Positions 39,108-49,532 of a stretch of 64,000 nt of DNA are shown piece after piece. The position numbers and the translations under genes are program-made. Origin of the DNA: a virus (lineage: Duplodnaviria > Caudoviricetes); IMG/VR virus record IMGVR_UViG_3300034126_000020, positions 192,001 to 256,000 of that record; one strand, written 5' to 3'. How positions within the stretch are numbered: position 1 is the stretch's first letter; each line of letters starts with the position of its first letter. The notes under the pieces are model-generated. The model searched no databases. It was given only the letters and a program-made list of their open reading frames with translations, and was not told the DNA's origin.

Positions 39108-39944
39108 ATGTGGATGACCACCGACTACCAAACCGCCCTCGACACCGTATCCATGGAAGACTTGCAGAACCTTGCCCGTGTCATCTCCATGGAAAGTTCA
39201 GTTGTACCCACCTTCACCATTGACTCGAAGCAGCGCTTCGGTCAGTTCTTCAAGCGTGCTGGCACCTTCTTCAGCGCAATGAAGATGCCGTTCCTGGCTG
39301 GCGTCAAGTTGTTCTCCAACGACATGGATGGCCTCGTTGGCAAAGTTGGCTTCGTCGACGCCGCTAACAAGAACGTCATCGTCCCTGAAGGCTTCATCGG
39401 CCTGTGGTTGCCTTACTCTGCCCTCCTGAACGAGGCCATGGGTCGTGCGGTTAAAACCGAATACATGATCCGTAGCTTCAACGAGACACTGGGTCAGTTG
39501 GCTAACGATCCAATGATCCTTGAATCGGCATCGGGCATTGGCTACAGCGGTCCGACTGATCTGGGTCTGACCACCAGCATGCAAGATGCAGGTAAAACCT
39601 ACTTCGACGGTAACAGCAACAACATCACCCGCACCCTCGGTGCTGTGGTAGAACGTGCTGCTGACATCCGCGCGGTACACAACAACATCAACGACGCCAT
39701 TGCCAAGGACAAAGCTCACCCAGCGTCCAAGTCTCTGGCAGCTGTACAGCGCTCCATGGAGCTGTCTGAGAAGCTCATGCCTTACGTGGAAGGTAACTCC
39801 CGCGTGTCCAAGGCTTCGATCCAGGAGCTGATCGACATCACCTTGCAGATCGCCAAGGAGATGGAATCGTACGGCGTGTTGCTGTTCCGTATCCGCCAGT
39901 TCTCTGAAGCACTGAAAGACAGCGTCAAAGAGCTGAAAAAATAA
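39108..39944 (+). CDS. Processed head protein (SME motifs)
   Basis: N-terminal VSME and ISME prohead-protease-type sites. Confidence 0.55.
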   Translation: MWMTTDYQTALDTVSMEDLQNLARVISMESSVVPTFTIDSKQRFGQFFKRAGTFFSAMKMPFLAGVKLFSNDMDGLVGKVGFVDAANKNVIVPEGFIGLWLPYSALLNEAMGRAVKTEYMIRSFNETLGQLANDPMILESASGIGYSGPTDLGLTTSMQDAGKTYFDGNSNNITRTLGAVVERAADIRAVHNNINDAIAKDKAHPASKSLAAVQRSMELSEKLMPYVEGNSRVSKASIQELIDITLQIAKEMESYGVLLFRIRQFSEALKDSVKELKK

Positions 39945-39951
39945 CAACGGG

Positions 39952-39991
39952 CATAAAGTCGATGGGAGGGCACGAGTCCCTCCCATCTATG
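39952..39991. terminator. CATA...TATG-bounded hairpin at a convergent junction
   Basis: GATGGGAGGG...CCCTCCCATC stem flanked by CATA and TATG. Confidence 0.7.
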
Positions 39992-39996
39992 CTGCG

Positions 39997-40377
39997 TCAT
40001 GCCAATCTTTCGTGGTGCTGCGATTGACGAAGAACACGTTCAACGTCTCTGCACATGGTCTCCCTGTCCAAGTAACGTAACCATTTAGGCATGGTTCCAT
40101 AGACAAGTTCGACCGCCTGTTTATAATCCCCCTCTTCACAGCACTTGACGATCTGGTCGACATTCTTACCCTTCCAAAGCATCCGAGCAGACATCGCTGG
40201 GAAGGAAAGGGTCGTCGGATCATTGACCAGGTAGAAAAGCTTGTTGAACTCTGTAAGTAGGGAATCGTCAGGGTCGTAGTTCCGAATCAAACGGAAGTAC
40301 AGACTTACAACAAACACAATGCGTTTGAAGGAAGTCCAGAACCCCATTGACTGGTTTATCGCAACAGATCGGTACAT
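39997..40377 (-). CDS. Hypothetical protein (true start may be MGFWTS at 40347)
   Basis: ORF directly downstream of RNase H. Confidence 0.6.
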   Translation of the reverse strand: MYRSVAINQSMGFWTSFKRIVFVVSLYFRLIRNYDPDDSLLTEFNKLFYLVNDPTTLSFPAMSARMLWKGKNVDQIVKCCEEGDYKQAVELVYGTMPKWLRYLDRETMCRDVERVLRQSQHHERLA

Positions 40378-40387
40378 AGCCGAGCCC

Positions 40388-41887
40388 TTAGTTCACAAGT
40401 TTGAAATTGCCGAACGGGTTGGCCCAGATTCCAATGTCGTGCTCTGTTTCGATAATAGTTGCGTAACGGATCACCGAATCAGACTCACGCCAGGTCAGAG
40501 CCACCACTCGCTTGACTACATCCGCGAGCGCCGACAGCGCATTTCGACCAATGATGTCGGAACCCACGATGAGTCGGACTTTCGCCTTCGTCGTCGGGAC
40601 CTCTTCCATCGCCCTCAGCTCGCGGGCGAAGCCAGTGTTGTAATTCACGTTCACGTCCAGGTGTTTCACCGCTGAGGTGATCTCCTTACGCAACTTGAAC
40701 GTCACCACTGCCTTCTTTTCCACGGCTTCATATAGTAGGTCGGTCAAATCGGTAGCGATCACCGACTTGTCACCCTCCATGAACTGGTCAAGGATTACCG
40801 ACATACATTCCAGGTTGTCCACGTTGTAGTAGGACAGCCCAGTGGGTGTAACGTGATGGATGACCGGGATCTTCTTTTCAGTCTGAAGACTCCAGTTCGA
40901 CTTGTTACGCCTGAGCACGTCCAGACCGAAACGCATGATGTCTTCGGTGGTGTTGGCGTTCAGAATGTTGCGCAGCGCACCTACGAACAGATGCCCTACT
41001 TGTGAGGTGTCCATTTTGACGAAATGCTGACGCACCTTCTCCAAGACTTCAACGTCGTCTTTCAAATAAAGAACAGCGTTGCTTGAGTCGGATTGCGGCT
41101 TAGCGATGTCTTCGTCATCCCCATGCTGACCAGTCCAGTAAACGTGGCGACCGTCCTTTGAGACCCTGCGCTCCGTAGCGTCAGAACTGAAATACCACTT
41201 GGGTTGGTCAAACATGCGGTTGTACGTACCGGTTGCTTTCCAGTACCCTTCCGGCTGTTGCTCGAGCTTGTACGTGAGTTCGTAGCCATTGAGGCCCAGA
41301 CTGTTGCCCTTACCGGCCCAACTGTCTGCCTTCTCATTCCCGGTGTGTCCGTTGTGCCCTTTGATCCACGCCAGGGTGACTTTGTTCTCTTTGTCGCGCA
41401 ATTGGCCCAGCAGTGTGTCGACGGCTATCCAGTCGGCCTTGTTGGCCACCTCTTCGCCATCCTGCTTACGCCAGCCGGTTTGCTTCCATTTGTTCAGGTA
41501 CTGGTTAACGCCTTTGACCACATACTGGGAATCCGAGTAGATGATCGTTTCGTTCAGCCCTTTGTCAAGTACGTATGACAGCGCCTCCTTTGCAGCAAGC
41601 AGCTCGGTGTGGTTGTTGCTGCCTGCTTTAGGCACCCCACCGAAGCTATCAATGTAGTTTAGGATGTTGACGGCTTTCTGCTCATCCTTCGTGTCGGAGT
41701 AGCCGACAGCCGTTGGTGTCGATCCAGGCACACCACTTCCACGGGTCTTGTCCGGTAACGCGTCTGCTGTGTACACGTAACCATGTAGACCCCACCCCCC
41801 AGCGCGTTCACTGCTATAAAACCCACCGTCGGCGTACAATACCCCATTGTACCCGCCGGATGCCGGGCTTTCCTTAACATCCGTCAT
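40388..41887 (-). CDS. rnhA: Ribonuclease HI with long C-terminal extension
   Basis: YADGG, SNNHTELLAA, YSDSQYVVKG, WIKGHNGHTGNEKADSWA supply the D-E-D-D active site. Confidence 0.9.
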   Translation of the reverse strand: MTDVKESPASGGYNGVLYADGGFYSSERAGGWGLHGYVYTADALPDKTRGSGVPGSTPTAVGYSDTKDEQKAVNILNYIDSFGGVPKAGSNNHTELLAAKEALSYVLDKGLNETIIYSDSQYVVKGVNQYLNKWKQTGWRKQDGEEVANKADWIAVDTLLGQLRDKENKVTLAWIKGHNGHTGNEKADSWAGKGNSLGLNGYELTYKLEQQPEGYWKATGTYNRMFDQPKWYFSSDATERRVSKDGRHVYWTGQHGDDEDIAKPQSDSSNAVLYLKDDVEVLEKVRQHFVKMDTSQVGHLFVGALRNILNANTTEDIMRFGLDVLRRNKSNWSLQTEKKIPVIHHVTPTGLSYYNVDNLECMSVILDQFMEGDKSVIATDLTDLLYEAVEKKAVVTFKLRKEITSAVKHLDVNVNYNTGFARELRAMEEVPTTKAKVRLIVGSDIIGRNALSALADVVKRVVALTWRESDSVIRYATIIETEHDIGIWANPFGNFKLVN

Positions 41888-41945
41888 TTACTGAACCCTT
41901 AGATGTGTTAGCGCACTTGTCACAGTGCTCATGTGATACACCGGA

Positions 41946-42314
41946 TTATTTCTGAAAAACAGGACGTCCGCTCTTGCCGCATTTCATGTTGTGGCGAGCG
42001 ATGTCTTCGCGAAGGTACTGTTCTTCATGGTCAAGGTAGACCTTGAGCTTTTCGGTGTGTGCGAGGAGGACATCATTGATCTCATCCGGCGTGAGCTTGG
42101 CAATGTTGACCTTAGGAAGTGTGGGCCTGACGTGCTGCAAGTAAACAGTGCGCTTGAATTCTCCACAAGGTGAGTCAGCGGTCTCGTCCGGTAGTTGGAA
42201 CGAGAACACTGTGGTACGGTTGTCGATGGTCTGCACGACTGAGCAGGAGCCAAGGAACACAAATATCCAGCAAAGGTGGAAGATCCGGCTTCCTTTCACT
42301 AAACCAGCAATCAT
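41946..42314 (-). CDS. Putative outer-membrane spanin (o-spanin) lipoprotein
   Basis: Signal-like KGSRIFHLCWIFVF followed by lipobox-like LGSC; Pro-rich linker, additional Cys; immediately downstream of the i-spanin-like gene. Confidence 0.55.
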   Translation of the reverse strand: MIAGLVKGSRIFHLCWIFVFLGSCSVVQTIDNRTTVFSFQLPDETADSPCGEFKRTVYLQHVRPTLPKVNIAKLTPDEINDVLLAHTEKLKVYLDHEEQYLREDIARHNMKCGKSGRPVFQK

Positions 42315-42324
42315 GGTGGTAAAC

Positions 42325-42759
42325 CTATTGGCTAAGCTTTTTCCAACGTTCGACAAGATCGTTGTTAGGCGGGCGAATGATCACCGGCTTGTCTTCCGGT
42401 GTTTTTTGGGGTTTGGTTGGCTCCGGCGGACCAGTGGTCGTCGGTGTCTTAGGAGGTTTGGACTTCAACTCGTAATAGCGATCGCGATACCACTCCATCC
42501 TCTCCTTGAGGTATGGAATCTGTTCGTCAATCTCTTTCTTCATGGCAGTTTCAGCTCGCTCGTGTTCGGCGATGACATCTTCTTGGTCGAGAACGATCAG
42601 GTAGACGTGGATGAACATGAGAGTCATGATCACGAAACCCAGCGTCGTCACGATTAATGAAAGGTTGTCTCGGACAAACTGCCTGAAGGTACGATCACGA
42701 AGCCAAATCTCCCGGACGAAGCGGAAGAGTGCTTTGAGTACCTTAAAGAGCGTTATCAT
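42325..42759 (-). CDS. Putative inner-membrane spanin (i-spanin)
   Basis: N-proximal TM helix (LSLIVTTLGFVIMTLMFIHVYLIVL), then coiled coil, then Pro/Thr-rich tail. Confidence 0.55.
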   Translation of the reverse strand: MITLFKVLKALFRFVREIWLRDRTFRQFVRDNLSLIVTTLGFVIMTLMFIHVYLIVLDQEDVIAEHERAETAMKKEIDEQIPYLKERMEWYRDRYYELKSKPPKTPTTTGPPEPTKPQKTPEDKPVIIRPPNNDLVERWKKLSQ

Positions 42760-42843
42760 CTTATTCCCTGGAAATGGTATGGACGTTCCGAGTATTCTTT
42801 AACGATTGTCATAGTGTACGTGACAATCAGCACGGAGATAGAC

Positions 42844-44199
42844 ATGTATAAACTCAAGGCTTTTTGCCAGATCGCCGCGTTGATTGACAACAGCGTCGAC
42901 ATCGTGGCACCGATCGGGGAACTGTCCGATCGTGGATTTACCTACGGTCGCAATAAAGAGAAGTTGAACTCGGCAGCCTCCCCTGGCTACACCCTGATTG
43001 GCTTCTCCAGCAAGCGTGACGGTGTAAGTGAGCAGATCAACGGTATCTTGGCTCAGGATCTCTTGGCTGTCTGCAAGTGGGCCTACGATTCGGCACTGGC
43101 GAACAAGTTCAACTCGAGCAGCGAAAGCTTCCGTGTGGCCTTCGTTCAGCAGTGGCAAGCCAAGTACTCGATCTTCACCACAGGGTCGATGACTCAGGCT
43201 GCTCAGGGCGTGTGGATGCCTACGGTCATTGAGATCCGCGACATCGCCAACGACGAACTCCAGTACAAACTGTGGTTCTCGTCGGAAACGTTCGAACAGC
43301 AGTACGACGAGTTCCACATTGAAGTCGTTGCGCCTGTTGAAGACCTGGACGTGTTCTTCCTGGGGCGTCAAGCGGTCATCACTGCCCTGGCTGAAATGAC
43401 TCACGACCTCAAGATGGAGAAAGTCCAAGCCATCCGTGAAGTCTACCCTGAGTCCTTCATCAGCGGTCCGATGTATGAGTGGTACGACCCGACTGACCCG
43501 GCCGACAAGACCCGTCGCATTGCCACGTACTGGACGCCTCTGGTCTACGGTATCGCCGGTAACAACGTTGATGCTATCAAGGAAGCGCTGCGGGACTACA
43601 TCCTGTCTCACTCCGACCATGGCAAAGACGACTGGGCTGCGATCTTCCCAGAGATCTTCACCTCGACCGAGTTCATCTTCGTGCCGATGTGGAAGAAGTA
43701 CTCCATCCCTAACCGGGTCCTGGAGAGCGGTCTCTACAGCTCGGTGTCGAACTTCAACTACGGTAAGGCGGAACTGATTCGTCTGGTGCGTGGTGAAGGT
43801 TATACCGATGCCTACCTTGATGGCAACGCCGAGATCTTCGGTGCATCTCACAAGGCGATCACCGTGGCAGTGGCAGGCAGTCCGTACAACCGTGACGGCG
43901 TGACCAGCTTCGTGCAGCGGTACTTCGACTACATCAACGTCGACCCTACGTCGCTTGACTTTGGTCGGATGGGTCCTGAGACCCGTCGCATGGTGTTGGC
44001 TCTGGCAGAGATGCTGGCTGTGGCTGAAGACATGACCCCTGATTCGGCTGTGCCAGTGAAGTTCACTCGCCTGCTGCGTGACGGTGTCCTGTACGTGTCC
44101 TACACGCTGGACCGCTTCCAACTCATCGTGACGTCGAAGTACTCGGCTGAAGATGCGACCTTGGCAGGCAACAGCACTGATGAGCCGGTGCTGAACTGA
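42844..44199 (+). CDS. Virion structural protein (phiKZ gp157-like)
   Basis: Start MYKLKAF with GGAG RBS; family-like W..IFPEIF..TEF..VPMW..YSIPN motif. Confidence 0.65.
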   Translation: MYKLKAFCQIAALIDNSVDIVAPIGELSDRGFTYGRNKEKLNSAASPGYTLIGFSSKRDGVSEQINGILAQDLLAVCKWAYDSALANKFNSSSESFRVAFVQQWQAKYSIFTTGSMTQAAQGVWMPTVIEIRDIANDELQYKLWFSSETFEQQYDEFHIEVVAPVEDLDVFFLGRQAVITALAEMTHDLKMEKVQAIREVYPESFISGPMYEWYDPTDPADKTRRIATYWTPLVYGIAGNNVDAIKEALRDYILSHSDHGKDDWAAIFPEIFTSTEFIFVPMWKKYSIPNRVLESGLYSSVSNFNYGKAELIRLVRGEGYTDAYLDGNAEIFGASHKAITVAVAGSPYNRDGVTSFVQRYFDYINVDPTSLDFGRMGPETRRMVLALAEMLAVAEDMTPDSAVPVKFTRLLRDGVLYVSYTLDRFQLIVTSKYSAEDATLAGNSTDEPVLN

Positions 44200-44202
44200 C
44201 AG

Positions 44203-44235
44203 CATAGAGAGCGGGCCAATGGCCCGCTCTCTATG
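44203..44235. terminator. CATA...TATG-bounded hairpin at a convergent junction
   Basis: CATAGAGAGCGGGCC-AAT-GGCCCGCTCTCTATG, a perfect 15-bp stem. Confidence 0.8.
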
Positions 44236-44240
44236 TCGTT

Positions 44241-44582
44241 TCACCGAGGACAGCCCAGTGTGTCAAGGATCTCGTCCTTGGACTCTTTCAGGTAGACGCC
44301 CGGAGAGCCCGCCAGCAACGCGATCAACTTACCTTCACCAAAGTGCTTGGCAAAGTCATCCACTTTCATCAAGCGCATGCCTTGACCTTCAACGAAGGCT
44401 ACCATGCAGCCCCAGGCCCGCCAGTCTGCAATGCTCGGTTCGATTGAGCATGACCGACCGGGAGCCCACTGACGACGATAGAGGTAAGGTAGGTCACGGC
44501 CTGGAGCAGACCACTTCCCCTTCCCTTCGCCCATCGTCCCAGCTCCCATAAAGAACTGTACCGTGTGATCCTGAATCCTCAT
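44241..44582 (-). CDS. Hypothetical protein (113 aa)
   Basis: TAATG coupling to the sbcC-like stop. Confidence 0.6.
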   Translation of the reverse strand: MRIQDHTVQFFMGAGTMGEGKGKWSAPGRDLPYLYRRQWAPGRSCSIEPSIADWRAWGCMVAFVEGQGMRLMKVDDFAKHFGEGKLIALLAGSPGVYLKESKDEILDTLGCPR

Positions 44583-47065
44583 TACGCAATCTCCACATGC
44601 TCGTTGTACGTCCGGGTCATGGAAACGTGCGTATCGTCCATCACCACCAGTTGGCTATTGGGGTAGCTGTTCTGACTCTCGAAGGAGTGACTGATGAAGA
44701 ACACCTGCGAGTAGGTGTCATCGTCGATCAGGTCCTTGATGGCCAGTGTCAGGTTCAAGCGGTGGACTTCATCGAACGTTCGACCCAGCTCATCGAGGTA
44801 CAGCGGGAATTGCTGCAACTCAAGGAACTTGTACACCACCAGAACGAACGCCTGGTTAACAATGTCAACCTGGCTGTCTGACCCATACTTGATGTCTGGG
44901 ATCAGGTTCTCTGAGGAGTGTACGTAGATCGGGAACTTGTAGTCCAGCTCACCACCGTCAATGTTGCAGGTGTCCAACGCAAGGTTATAACCCCATACCT
45001 TAGCGATGACGTCGTTGATGCCGCTGATGAAGGTGTTGATGAACACCATGATCTGTTCAGCGATGATCCCGTCTTTAGGGGACAGGAGTCGCTCCAACTG
45101 GATCAGGGCTTCCTCTTCCGCCCGAGCATCCTCCAACGACCGGTTCAGGTCATTGATGATCCCCATCTGGACTTCAGCTTCGGCCAACGATTGTTCCAGC
45201 ATGCCCAACTGCACTTGGTGACGCTTGACCTGAGCCTCGACTTCCTCAACAGCCACGAACCGAGTCATGTTGGTCATCAGTTCATCAAGGCGAGCCATGC
45301 CCATCTCGATGGTCCGACTGATCTCACGGGCTTCAGTCATGCGGTTGTGGAACTGCTCCACCTCTTTCAAGGTGACACGGGCATCGAGCAAGTGACCTTT
45401 CAAGTCAACAACCCGATCACCCAACGAGTTAGCCACTTCACGCAGATGACCTGACTTGTCCATCCGAGCCAGTGCCGCTTCCCGCTCACGCAGAGGATGC
45501 AACTCACGCTCAAGATCCGCGATGGCCATGTTGGTCTTCACATCACCCATGAACTGAGTGCACACCGGGATCAGTCCACGTCCCGCACTGAAGCCCCCAT
45601 TGGCATTGATCACCCGCCACAGCTCATTGAGATCAGGGTTACGGTCACGGATCTGCTGGAGGCCGTACAGCCCTTCACTGACCGTGTTCGCTTCCTGTAA
45701 CCACGAGCTGATAGTCTCGATCTTCTCCTGCATGGACTGTCGGAAGCCGTACCCTTTTGCCAACGATGCTTTGATCTCGTCTTCTTCACTGCCATTCACG
45801 CCTTCTTTGAAGGTATGGTTGCAGTTAGGGCACTGAGTGGACTTGCAGTTACGGATGTGTTCGAGACGATACTCCAATTCCCCGATCCGAGACTGTCCCT
45901 TCATCATGTTGTTCTGATGTTCGGCCAACTCACGCTGTTTGGCAGCGTAGACATGGCGGTCAAGGTACGCATCGTCCTTCACATCCACGCCATGCAGCAG
46001 GTTCATCACTTCATTGATGGTCGAGAAGCAGTACTCACTCACCGGCAGGTTGCTACCGTCCTTGACCAGACGGAATTTAGCAATGAGATCCTGTTTCTGA
46101 TCACACAACTCGGTCAATCGGTCGGCCAAAGCCTTCGGATCGATCTCTTCCAGCTCTGTCAGGTCATGGATCTGCTTGTCGATCTCGTGATGACGCTCTG
46201 AGACCTCCTGTAAGGCTGCCTCAAGCATTTGCACACGGGACTTGAGGCTATCCTTGAGTTGGACAACCGCTTCGTTGTCGACGTCTTTGACGACCGCAGG
46301 CGCAGAACCTTTCAAGTACTTGGTACGCTGCAACAAACCGTCAATGTCAGAGAGCAGTTCGTGGTACTGACGTTCGTAATGGGCAAAGGTTGGGGCCAAT
46401 CCATCACGACGTGAGACCTGATGCAGCTTCATGAGCTTGTCGTAGACCGCAGCCGACTGTTGACGCAACGTCTGGAACGTCTCGTCGTCGATCTTCTTCG
46501 CTGTCTCGTTAACCAAACGACCCGAGAGGTGTTTGATGACGGCGTTGGTGTCACGCACTGCCCGTTTGATCCGACCGTGCAACTTGATGACGTAGTCGAA
46601 GTCAGCAGAGGACAGCAAGGTGATCCATTCGCGACGTTGGTTGGTGCTCATGTCGGTGAACTTCAACTGCCCTGTCAACACTTGGTGCAGGTCGTTGGTC
46701 ATGCCGAAGTGTTCACGTACCAGTTCACGCTGGACTGCCCCAGTGTGTCCGTCGTTCAGCTCTTCAAACTCTTCATCGTTCAACCACATCTTGAAACTGT
46801 GCGACATGCCCTTGCCTGAGTACTCACTGCGGAGTTCATAGACACGGCCATTGTTCAACACCTTGACGTATTTGTAGCCACCCTTTTCAAAGTCGTCTTT
46901 CTCGCCCGGCAAGACACTGAAGCCTACCTTGAGTAGACTGGACTTACCCGAGCCATTGGTGCCCAGTACGATCTGGGTCTTGAGGCTTGGGTTGATCCTC
47001 AGAGTCTCGATGCCCTTCAGATAAAAACGATTGCAACGGTGTAAGACCATTTCAGAAATAAACAT
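44582..47065 (-). CDS. sbcC: SbcC/Rad50-like SMC ATPase
   Basis: Walker A GTNGSGKS, coiled coils, zinc hook CPNC, Walker B LYLDE, H-loop FISH. Confidence 0.9.
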   Translation of the reverse strand: MFISEMVLHRCNRFYLKGIETLRINPSLKTQIVLGTNGSGKSSLLKVGFSVLPGEKDDFEKGGYKYVKVLNNGRVYELRSEYSGKGMSHSFKMWLNDEEFEELNDGHTGAVQRELVREHFGMTNDLHQVLTGQLKFTDMSTNQRREWITLLSSADFDYVIKLHGRIKRAVRDTNAVIKHLSGRLVNETAKKIDDETFQTLRQQSAAVYDKLMKLHQVSRRDGLAPTFAHYERQYHELLSDIDGLLQRTKYLKGSAPAVVKDVDNEAVVQLKDSLKSRVQMLEAALQEVSERHHEIDKQIHDLTELEEIDPKALADRLTELCDQKQDLIAKFRLVKDGSNLPVSEYCFSTINEVMNLLHGVDVKDDAYLDRHVYAAKQRELAEHQNNMMKGQSRIGELEYRLEHIRNCKSTQCPNCNHTFKEGVNGSEEDEIKASLAKGYGFRQSMQEKIETISSWLQEANTVSEGLYGLQQIRDRNPDLNELWRVINANGGFSAGRGLIPVCTQFMGDVKTNMAIADLERELHPLREREAALARMDKSGHLREVANSLGDRVVDLKGHLLDARVTLKEVEQFHNRMTEAREISRTIEMGMARLDELMTNMTRFVAVEEVEAQVKRHQVQLGMLEQSLAEAEVQMGIINDLNRSLEDARAEEEALIQLERLLSPKDGIIAEQIMVFINTFISGINDVIAKVWGYNLALDTCNIDGGELDYKFPIYVHSSENLIPDIKYGSDSQVDIVNQAFVLVVYKFLELQQFPLYLDELGRTFDEVHRLNLTLAIKDLIDDDTYSQVFFISHSFESQNSYPNSQLVVMDDTHVSMTRTYNEHVEIA

Positions 47066-47130
47066 TAGCTAGGTCCTTCCCCTAATTCTGTAGGATAGGT
47101 CGTAGAGTTTCATTTTAACAAGAGGTGTGT

Positions 47131-47928
47131 ATGGCAGAGCAAACGGCCAGTATGTTTCGTCTGGTAGCTGTCGGCACCGCTGTGGAAAACCTCAAGTTAG
47201 GTTCCGTTGAATTGATGGTTTCGCCCCATGAGAAGCTGGGCTTCACGGACGGGGAAGCTGTCGATAAAGTCGATGCCATGGAATATGGCCATCAGAACTC
47301 AGACGGTAAAGAAAACAGCGGTGTCGCATTCGTGTCCGGTAACCACCCAGCTACATGGATACCAGACAGTAACCGCAAGACCCCACCCAACGTTCGCCGT
47401 GGTGAGCGGATCAAGATCTACCAGTTCGGCGCTAACGACAAGTACTACTGGCGTGTGTTCGGACTGGATGACCACCTGCGGCGCTTGGAGACTGTGGTCT
47501 TTGGGATCAACGCCAACCCGGCTGAAGCATCGGATGGCGCAGATCCTGAGAACATGTACTTCGTGGAATGGTCAGCTCACAAGAAGATGATCACCCTCAG
47601 CACCAGCAAGAAGAACGGTGAGGTCTGTACGTACGACGTGCAGTTCGACATGGCATCGGGCAAGATCATCATCCAGGATGATCAGGGTAACCACATCCTG
47701 TTTGACACGGCGAACACCCACATCCTCATCAAGAACATGTTGGGTGCGTTCATTGAGTTGAACAAGCGCGACATCAATGGGTACGCTCCGCAGAACATCA
47801 GTCTGACAGCCGACAGCAATGTTGACGTCAAGGCCAAGAAGATCACTCTCAATGGCGGGGGCAGTATCTTCCAACTGCAAGGCGGCGGTACAACACTCAA
47901 GACGCCTCGATTTGATGGGAGTAGCTGA
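47131..47928 (+). CDS. Baseplate central spike protein (gp5/gpV-like)
   Basis: OB-fold-like N-terminus (TPPNVRRGERIKIYQ), beta-strand-repeat C-terminus, directly upstream of PAAR. Confidence 0.7.
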   Translation: MAEQTASMFRLVAVGTAVENLKLGSVELMVSPHEKLGFTDGEAVDKVDAMEYGHQNSDGKENSGVAFVSGNHPATWIPDSNRKTPPNVRRGERIKIYQFGANDKYYWRVFGLDDHLRRLETVVFGINANPAEASDGADPENMYFVEWSAHKKMITLSTSKKNGEVCTYDVQFDMASGKIIIQDDQGNHILFDTANTHILIKNMLGAFIELNKRDINGYAPQNISLTADSNVDVKAKKITLNGGGSIFQLQGGGTTLKTPRFDGSS

Positions 47929-48194
47929 TGGGCAATAAAGTCTCGTTGGTCGGTGTCGATCAAGCAGGGGGTGTCATCACAGGTCCGGGGAAACCTAACT
48001 GGACGTGGAATGGCAAACCCATGTCTGTGGTCAACGACGGTGTAGCAGGTCATGGTGCAGGGGCTCACGCAGGACCTAAGATTGCCAACGGCAGTCCTTG
48101 GTTCAGCATTGATGGGATTCCCGTCACACGGGCCACCAGCAAGGCCACCTGTAATGATGATGCAACAGGTTCGGCTGACATGTACATCCCATGA
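47928..48194 (+). CDS. PAAR-repeat spike tip protein
   Basis: 88 aa with three pseudo-repeats (NGKPMSVVND, DGIPVTRATS), GHG..H and C-x-D metal ligands. Confidence 0.85.
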   Translation: MGNKVSLVGVDQAGGVITGPGKPNWTWNGKPMSVVNDGVAGHGAGAHAGPKIANGSPWFSIDGIPVTRATSKATCNDDATGSADMYIP

Positions 48195-48199
48195 TGCGG

Positions 48200-48233
48200 C
48201 ATAGAGGAGGAGCCACTGGCTCCTCCTCGTATG
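48200..48233. terminator. CATA...TATG-bounded hairpin at a convergent junction
   Basis: GAGGAGGAGCC-ACT-GGCTCCTCCTC flanked by CATA and TATG. Confidence 0.75.
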
Positions 48234-48236
48234 TTG

Positions 48237-49532
48237 TCACGCCACAGGAACCACGATCTCAACGGTGCTGGTGCTCCATTGGATCAGATCACCACGGGCG
48301 AAAGTCTGGGGCTCAGAAGAGACCCGCTTCTCATCGACCTTGGGCTGCAAGGTGTAGTCCGTGGTGTCCATGAAGCGGTGTTGACGCAGGTTGTTGTTGA
48401 CCCGGATCACCCACACGCCATTTTCTTCTTCGCTCACGTACGATGGCAACGCACCCAGTTCGGTACGCAATGGCCACAGTGGACGTTCGTCCAAGTAGAA
48501 CCGACCCGGCAAGTGAGTGCGGCCTGTCCCGATGACGTTGGTCACCAAGTGGTCAACCTCAATGCCCACGATGAACGACTGGCTCAGGGTCAGCAATTCG
48601 AGCATGCACTCGTTACTGTAGAACCCTTGCAGGTCATAGTCGAGTTCGTTGGTCGGTGACACATCGTGGAAGCGTTCCATCGACGTCTGGTCAATCAGGT
48701 AACGAGAGACCATGTACCGCTCAAGGAATGGCAACTTGCGCATCTCCACTTTCATGGAGTTACTGCCGATGACTTTGATGTCACTGGTAGCCAAGTGCAG
48801 GTAACCGCCGATGACGATACCCATCACCTTGTTGGTGGTGTCGAACGGGACCTTGACGTAGAAGTTGTACGACAGCTTCTTTGTCTCATCGGGCTGGTAG
48901 ATCATCTCAGGAGTGATCGAGGCAGTGTGAACCTTCCCCAAGTTCTTGAAGCTGATCAGACCAACCAGAGCGTTCTGAGAACGACGGAATGTAGTACCGC
49001 CATCCTTGATGTACGCGCCATCATTATCGGCGTCCAGTCGGTGCACCAGACCGTTAACCGTTGCCAAGCAATGCTGCTGCACGTCAACGTAGTCGATCTT
49101 GACCTCTTGGGCAGCATCAGCCTCAAGATCACGAACCAACCAGATGTCAGTCTTGTCAGAGTCGATCGCATCGTTGAAGGGCGAGCCGATAGGTACAGTC
49201 AGGTCGCACTTGTAACCTGCCTGCCAAGCATCCCGAGCCAACGCTTTATAAGTAGTCGGCTTCGGGATGCCCTTGACGGTAGGCAGTGTCAGGTTTGCGT
49301 TACTGGTCAGCCATTGGTTAACCGTGACGGTTTCCAGAACTGTGGCCAGACGATCATTCACGTCGGTCAATTTAAGCGTGTGTTTCTCGCCAAGGACCGG
49401 GTGAGTAAGGATCAGGTAGACTTCGGCATAAATGCGCAGGAGCGACTTGACCGGAATGTTGCTGACGTTCAGTTCCTCGAATTTCACGTCAGGCTTTCGG
49501 TGTTTCACCAAAGCGCCTTGGTATTCGTACAT
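48237..49532 (-). CDS. Putative virion structural (tail/baseplate) protein
   Basis: 431 aa with GGAG RBS; beta-rich; HCLATVNGLVH-type motif seen in phiKZ-like structural proteins. Confidence 0.6.
   Translation of the reverse strand: MYEYQGALVKHRKPDVKFEELNVSNIPVKSLLRIYAEVYLILTHPVLGEKHTLKLTDVNDRLATVLETVTVNQWLTSNANLTLPTVKGIPKPTTYKALARDAWQAGYKCDLTVPIGSPFNDAIDSDKTDIWLVRDLEADAAQEVKIDYVDVQQHCLATVNGLVHRLDADNDGAYIKDGGTTFRRSQNALVGLISFKNLGKVHTASITPEMIYQPDETKKLSYNFYVKVPFDTTNKVMGIVIGGYLHLATSDIKVIGSNSMKVEMRKLPFLERYMVSRYLIDQTSMERFHDVSPTNELDYDLQGFYSNECMLELLTLSQSFIVGIEVDHLVTNVIGTGRTHLPGRFYLDERPLWPLRTELGALPSYVSEEENGVWVIRVNNNLRQHRFMDTTDYTLQPKVDEKRVSSEPQTFARGDLIQWSTSTVEIVVPVA

Noticed and set aside
47928-48194. 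PAAR metal site reading C-N-D instead of C-G-H
   Set aside because: T4 gp5.4-type PAARs also have C-x-D, so this is not unusual.
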